A DNA stretch of 63,351 nucleotides, counting the filler, from an uncultured Methanosarcinales archaeon (GTDB lineage Archaea > Nanobdellota > Nanobdellia > Woesearchaeales > GW2011-AR9), in assembly GCA_964434885.1 (NCBI GenBank). It is 4 parts of 4 records of this genome, joined end to end, with 100 filler letters (N's around TTAATTAATTAA, not from the genome) between each part and the next. Parts side by side here need not be neighbours in the genome. Positions count along the whole stretch, not along the records: positions 59,217 to 63,351 come from CAYSWQ010000058.1; 3 more parts are not named here. The stretch is one strand, 5' to 3'. Below the pieces are notes generated by a model. That model did no database searches. It was not told the origin of the DNA and saw nothing but the letters and a program-made list of their open reading frames with translations. Below are positions 59,296 to 63,351 of this stretch, piece after piece. Within the stretch, counting starts at the first letter, position 1; the number at the start of each line of letters is the position of its first letter. The position numbers and the translations under genes were made by a program.

Positions 59296-59922
59296 TTAAT
59301 TTATCTTTTTTAAGCCCTCTTGTAATATTCCCAAAGCTTGTTTGATATTGGTGTTTTCTTGTTTGACTCCTTGCAAATGAGTTTTGTATGTTTTTAAAAC
59401 TTCATCGACTTGATGTCTTAAACTGGCAACAAATTTGGGAAAACGTGATCTGGGGTATTTTCCCATAGCAGAAGTAACATCAGGTATTAAATATTCAGCG
59501 CCAATTTCATAAAAAGTATTATCTCGAAGTACAATATTTTCTGATTCAATTTCGAGTATTTCAGCTCCAAGTACATCAGTAGTAGTGTACAACTTAGCCT
59601 GAGTATCTTCTGTTCTTCTTAGAATTGGATGTTCATTATTTGGTGAATCACCATAAAAAGAACACAATGCTTGGAATTCAGAGTTACTAACATAACCAGA
59701 GATAAAAGTTCTGCCATTTTTACCTATTTGGCTTCTTCTCACTGGGCCAAACAAATCAAAAAATTCTTTGTTACCAAAATAATTATTAAGCAATATTTCA
59801 ACAAATTTCCTTTTAGAATCTAGAGTTGATGCTTCAATCCCATCGATAGCTATTTGAGTTTCAGCCTTTTTTTGAAGTTCATTAATTCTTTTTGTTAATT
59901 CGAGAGCGGTTTCAGTAGTCAT
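59296..59922 (-). CDS. Hypothetical protein
   Basis: 208-aa ORF with GGAGG RBS, downstream of tfb. Confidence 0.7.
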   Translation of the reverse strand: MTTETALELTKRINELQKKAETQIAIDGIEASTLDSKRKFVEILLNNYFGNKEFFDLFGPVRRSQIGKNGRTFISGYVSNSEFQALCSFYGDSPNNEHPILRRTEDTQAKLYTTTDVLGAEILEIESENIVLRDNTFYEIGAEYLIPDVTSAMGKYPRSRFPKFVASLRHQVDEVLKTYKTHLQGVKQENTNIKQALGILQEGLKKIN

Positions 59923-59969
59923 TTTTATTCCTCCCTAAAACCTCTTTAAATTAAAATTAAAAATAATAA

Positions 59970-60899
59970 TTACTTCATCTTCTTCTTAGATTTCTCAACT
60001 TCTTTAGATAGCTTTAACTTCTTAATTAGTTCTTTGTATCGATTTCTGATTGTTACTTCAGTAACTCCAGCTACATCAGCTACTTCTCGTTGAGTTCTTT
60101 TCTCACCATGAATTAAACTAGCTACATACAAAGCAGCGGCAGCGATACCTGTTGGGCCTCTACCGGAAGTTAATTCAATATCTCGAGCCATCTCTAAAAT
60201 CTCAACAGATTTAGTCTGAGAATCGGCAGTTAAATTTAAAGCACTAGCAAATCTAGGGATGTAATCAGCAGGATTACTTGGCAAGATATTAATTCCAAGT
60301 TCTCTAGTTACAAATCGGTAAGTTCTTCCAATCTCTTTCTTTTCAATTCCAGAAGCTTCCCCCATTTCATCTAAAGTTCGAGGGACTTCATGTCTTCGAC
60401 AAGCAGCATATAATGCTCCAGCAACTACAGATTCCATTGATCTTCCTCTAACTAATCCTTTTTGAACAGCTAAAGTGTATATTCGAGCAGCTTCTTCTTC
60501 TACGCTTTTACTTAATTTTAAGAAAGAACTAACTCTTTTCAATTCTGCTAAAGCAACTTTTAAGTTTCTTTCAATAGCAGTACTGATTCGATAATGCCAT
60601 TTTCTTAATCTAAAAAATTTATCTTTGCTTTTATCAGATCCTAATTTATAAAAATCTGAAGTAGTTCCTACTTCTGTACCTAACCCTTGATCAAATTGAG
60701 TATAGGTTGAAGGTGCTCCCGTTCTTCTTCTTGAGCCCCCTTTATCATCTTCAAAATTTCTCCATTCTTGAGAGAAGTCAATCATTCTATCTTCGATAAC
60801 AAGGCCGCAAGTTCGGCAAACAGTTTCTCCTTTTTCAGCATTACGGAAAATATCTTTGCTACCGCAATCTGTACATTCTTTAATTTGAGTTTTTCTCAT
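59970..60899 (-). CDS. tfb: Transcription initiation factor IIB
   Basis: Zn ribbon CTDC...CRTCG, EWRNF, RRTGAP, LVRGRS, GRGPTG, TQREVADVAGVTEVTIRNRYKEL. Confidence 0.97.
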   Translation of the reverse strand: MRKTQIKECTDCGSKDIFRNAEKGETVCRTCGLVIEDRMIDFSQEWRNFEDDKGGSRRRTGAPSTYTQFDQGLGTEVGTTSDFYKLGSDKSKDKFFRLRKWHYRISTAIERNLKVALAELKRVSSFLKLSKSVEEEAARIYTLAVQKGLVRGRSMESVVAGALYAACRRHEVPRTLDEMGEASGIEKKEIGRTYRFVTRELGINILPSNPADYIPRFASALNLTADSQTKSVEILEMARDIELTSGRGPTGIAAAALYVASLIHGEKRTQREVADVAGVTEVTIRNRYKELIKKLKLSKEVEKSKKKMK

Positions 60900-60973
60900 T
60901 TTGAATAAAACCTCGCAGAGTAATGTGTCTAGTTAATATCTATTACCACCTGACAATAAAAATAGAATTGTAT

Positions 60974-60990
60974 ATTTATAAATCTTTCGG
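60974..60990 (-). promoter_or_regulatory. BRE-TATA promoter of tfb
   Basis: CCGAAAGATTTATAAAT about 75 nt upstream of the ATG; GAGG RBS in between. Confidence 0.7.
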
Positions 60991-61056
60991 TTTTTTAGGC
61001 TATTTTTTTAAAAATGTTGCTAAAAGTTTATAAATAAGAATTAATTGCTTAAATGT

Positions 61057-61593
61057 ATGAATAAAAGAGGAATTGCCTTATCGATAAACTTTCTAGTGAT
61101 AATTATAATTTCGATAGTTGTTTTTGGAAGCGGAATTGCATTTTTGTATAAGCTAATGGGTAGTGCAGAAGAATTCAAAGGTTCATTAGATACTAAAACT
61201 GCTGAACAACTAAATAGGTTGTTGGTTGATCAAGGGCAGAAAGTAGCTTTACCAAGACAATCTGTTCAAACAGAAGCAGGCAAGATAAGTACTTTTGGAG
61301 TTGGAATATTAAATATCCAAGAAAGTAAATATGGAACCAAGTTTACGGTCAAGATTCAGGCTTCAGTAGCAGTAGATAAAGATCAAAAACCATTAAGTTT
61401 ACCTGGGAAGGAATGGTTAATTTACAATTCTGGACCTTATGTGATTAAAGAAAATGAGCATAAATCCATCCCTTTGGGTATTTCTGTTCCCAAAACAGCA
61501 AAGAAAGGAACATACATCTTTAATGTTAATGTTTTAGATGGAAATGGGAAGATTTATGACAATATTAAGAAATTTAATGTTGTGGTAAAATAA
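61057..61593 (+). CDS. Class III signal peptide (pilin-like) protein
   Basis: MNKRG/IALSINFLVIIIISIVVF followed by a beta-rich domain. Confidence 0.7.
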   Translation: MNKRGIALSINFLVIIIISIVVFGSGIAFLYKLMGSAEEFKGSLDTKTAEQLNRLLVDQGQKVALPRQSVQTEAGKISTFGVGILNIQESKYGTKFTVKIQASVAVDKDQKPLSLPGKEWLIYNSGPYVIKENEHKSIPLGISVPKTAKKGTYIFNVNVLDGNGKIYDNIKKFNVVVK

Positions 61594-61649
61594 TAATTTT
61601 CTCATAATTTTCATATAAGCTTATATAAGTGGCCCCTTTTTGTTTATTT

Positions 61650-61997
61650 ATGGCAAAATATACTCATCCAAAAGATAGAACTGGTGATTCTAAAAGTAGG
61701 TCTCGAAAAGGCGGAAATCGTCGTGAGAGAAGAAGATTTGGTGATAATTCAAGTCGAAGAGATTCTGGAAGGTCTTCAAGACGAGGTTCTCGTTATGGTG
61801 ATCGAGATAGAAAACCAGTAGAAAGAACTAAAGTCACTTGTTCTGATTGTGGTAAAAAATGCGAAGTTCCATTTAAACCAACATCTAGTAAACCAGTTTA
61901 TTGTGATGATTGTTTTAAGAAAAGTGGAAAATCTAATGATTTGGAAGTTATTAATCAGAAATTAGATAAGATTATGGAAGCTTTGGATATTGAATAA
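61650..61997 (+). CDS. CxxC-x17-CxxC zinc-ribbon protein with an R/G/S/D-rich N-terminus
   Basis: CSDCGKKCEVPFKPTSSKPVYCDDCF. Confidence 0.88.
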   Translation: MAKYTHPKDRTGDSKSRSRKGGNRRERRRFGDNSSRRDSGRSSRRGSRYGDRDRKPVERTKVTCSDCGKKCEVPFKPTSSKPVYCDDCFKKSGKSNDLEVINQKLDKIMEALDIE

Positions 61998-62018
61998 TTT
62001 TTTTAAAATAAAAAAAAA

Positions 62019-62438
62019 TTAAAATATTTCTTTTCCCCATAGTTTTTTTTCGAGACTCCATTTCCCAGCACCAAAAACCAAGATTACTAAGAAGGCTGCA
62101 AGATATACTAGTGCTAATTCTCCTTTATTCATGATTGGGATTATTCCTTTGGGAAAGTGAACTTGGAAATAGGCCCATAACATAGTAATTATACTTCCTA
62201 ATGCAGATAATCGGGTAAGTATTCCTAATGCGATAGCCAAACCACCAAAAAATTCAATTACTCCAGCTAAGCCCATTAAACTAAAAAGTTGCACTGCTCC
62301 TTTTGTACTAAACCACCCAAATAGTTTTTGAGCTCCATGTTGTAAGAATAACAAACCAACTAAAACTCGGAAAAAAACAAAAATATTTTTTTGATATTTT
62401 TTAAGTAAATCACCAATCAGATTCTTCATTTTATTCAC
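62019..62438 (-). CDS. DoxX-family membrane protein
   Basis: RVLVGLLFLQHGAQKLFG, EFFGGL, GEL, GAGKWSL. Confidence 0.9.
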   Translation of the reverse strand: MNKMKNLIGDLLKKYQKNIFVFFRVLVGLLFLQHGAQKLFGWFSTKGAVQLFSLMGLAGVIEFFGGLAIALGILTRLSALGSIITMLWAYFQVHFPKGIIPIMNKGELALVYLAAFLVILVFGAGKWSLEKKLWGKEIF

Positions 62439-62569
62439 CTCGATGTTTTTAGAATGTATATAAGAAATTAATTTTTATAAATGTTTGGAAATAGTAATTT
62501 AAGAATTTTTTTATTTCTGTTGAATTTTTTGAAAAATTACAGAATAATTTGAGTGTAGTTGAAATTAGA

Positions 62570-63223
62570 TTAACCAAACATACTCTTTAGAACTTTCTTT
62601 GTGTTTTTAGCTTTGATTACTTTATGGGCAAGAAGAACTCCTTTTGCACCTAGTGCAATTGCTTTTTTGACATCTTGTTTAGAATGGATCCCAGCCCCAA
62701 CTAACAGTTTTGTTTTAGATTGTTTTTTTTCTAGAAATTTTACTGCTTTAGTGATTATTTTGGGATTGGTTTCAGTTACAGAGACATTCTTGCCAATTAA
62801 TTTTTTAGGTTCGTAAGCAACATAATTTGGTTGTAGTTTTATTAATTTTTTAACTCCAGAAAAACTTCCAGTGCAAACAACAGTTTTAAGATTTAATTTT
62901 TTGGTTAATAAGATTGTTTCTTTTAATCTGTCTATCTTAATCTTCTTTTCTGAATGATTTAAGATAGTTCCTACGGCGCCAGCTTGTTTGATTGCTTGTG
63001 GATTGGTATGTCCAGTGTGAGAACCATATTCAATGTTGTCTAGGTGTTGTGCATAAATGGGTAGATTGATTGCTTTTTTTATTTCTTTTAGATCAATTAA
63101 TTGAGGAGAAATTGCTAATTGATATTTGGATTTAAACTTGTTAATTGCTTTGGCTAACATCAAAGCTTTTTTTCCAGTAGCTTGTTGGTAGGTTTTAAAA
63201 TTGATTAAAATTAATGGTTTCAT
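62570..63223 (-). CDS. tpiA: Archaeal-type triosephosphate isomerase
   Basis: INFKTY, GSHTG, LNHSE, AYEP..LIG, VGAGI, GVLLA. Confidence 0.92.
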   Translation of the reverse strand: MKPLILINFKTYQQATGKKALMLAKAINKFKSKYQLAISPQLIDLKEIKKAINLPIYAQHLDNIEYGSHTGHTNPQAIKQAGAVGTILNHSEKKIKIDRLKETILLTKKLNLKTVVCTGSFSGVKKLIKLQPNYVAYEPKKLIGKNVSVTETNPKIITKAVKFLEKKQSKTKLLVGAGIHSKQDVKKAIALGAKGVLLAHKVIKAKNTKKVLKSMFG

Positions 63224-63351
63224 TTTACTTTGAATTTAACATCTAAAACATCTTTTTGTTTAGGTTTCTTTTTCCAGCGAAAGATTGAATATAATGCTCC
63301 GACCAAAGCGATAATTAAGGCGAAAGGGAGTAAGAAAGCAAAGAAAATTAA
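63220..63351 (-). CDS. 3' end of a membrane protein gene (window edge)
   Basis: LIFFAFLLPFALIIALVGALYSIFRWKKKPK...VK*; ATGA overlap with tpiA. Confidence 0.55.
   Translation of the reverse strand, partial: LIFFAFLLPFALIIALVGALYSIFRWKKKPKQKDVLDVKFKVK

Overview
AT-rich archaeal DNA, most likely a DPANN archaeon of the Woesearchaeota/Pacearchaeota type (inferred from archaeal TFB, archaeal TPI, NOG1, uL11, Mre11/NurA, BRE-TATA promoters and KRGQ-type class III signal peptides). It is not one locus: four contigs are joined by 100-nt N/TTAATTAATTAA linkers (20140-20239, 40300-40399, 59117-59216), so adjacency across linkers means nothing. The assembly shows artefact signs: a fold-back at a contig start, short frameshifting deletions and an apparently exact 5369-bp tandem duplication. 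Contig 1 has a giant multi-LamG surface protein coupled to a tandem-ArsR regulator, RelE and HEPN/MNT genes, a compact signalling cluster (alpha/beta hydrolase, two stand-alone receiver-like proteins, a PaaK-like adenylate-forming enzyme, a soluble histidine kinase), NOG1, a Kef-type antiporter, a variant GGDEF protein and a tRNA-Leu(TAG) split by three introns. Contig 2 has surface proteins, DsbA, Mre11, a degenerate cis-prenyltransferase, three papain-like NlpC/P60-type proteins, AlkD, a MITE-like element, NurA and a PLD. Contig 3 has a nucleotidyltransferase-PLP fusion, an HD protein, a cytidylyltransferase-phnDCE operon, a glycan cluster (Alg14/Alg13-like, flippase, B12 radical SAM), a free-standing LAGLIDADG-HTH gene and rpl11. 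Contig 4 has tfb, a pilin-like gene, DoxX and tpiA. The best candidates for undescribed systems are the ligase/kinase/receiver/hydrolase cluster, the phosphonate import-activation-glycan cluster, the GGDEF variant and the secreted NlpC/P60-type arsenal. All family calls come from reading motifs by eye; no searches were run.
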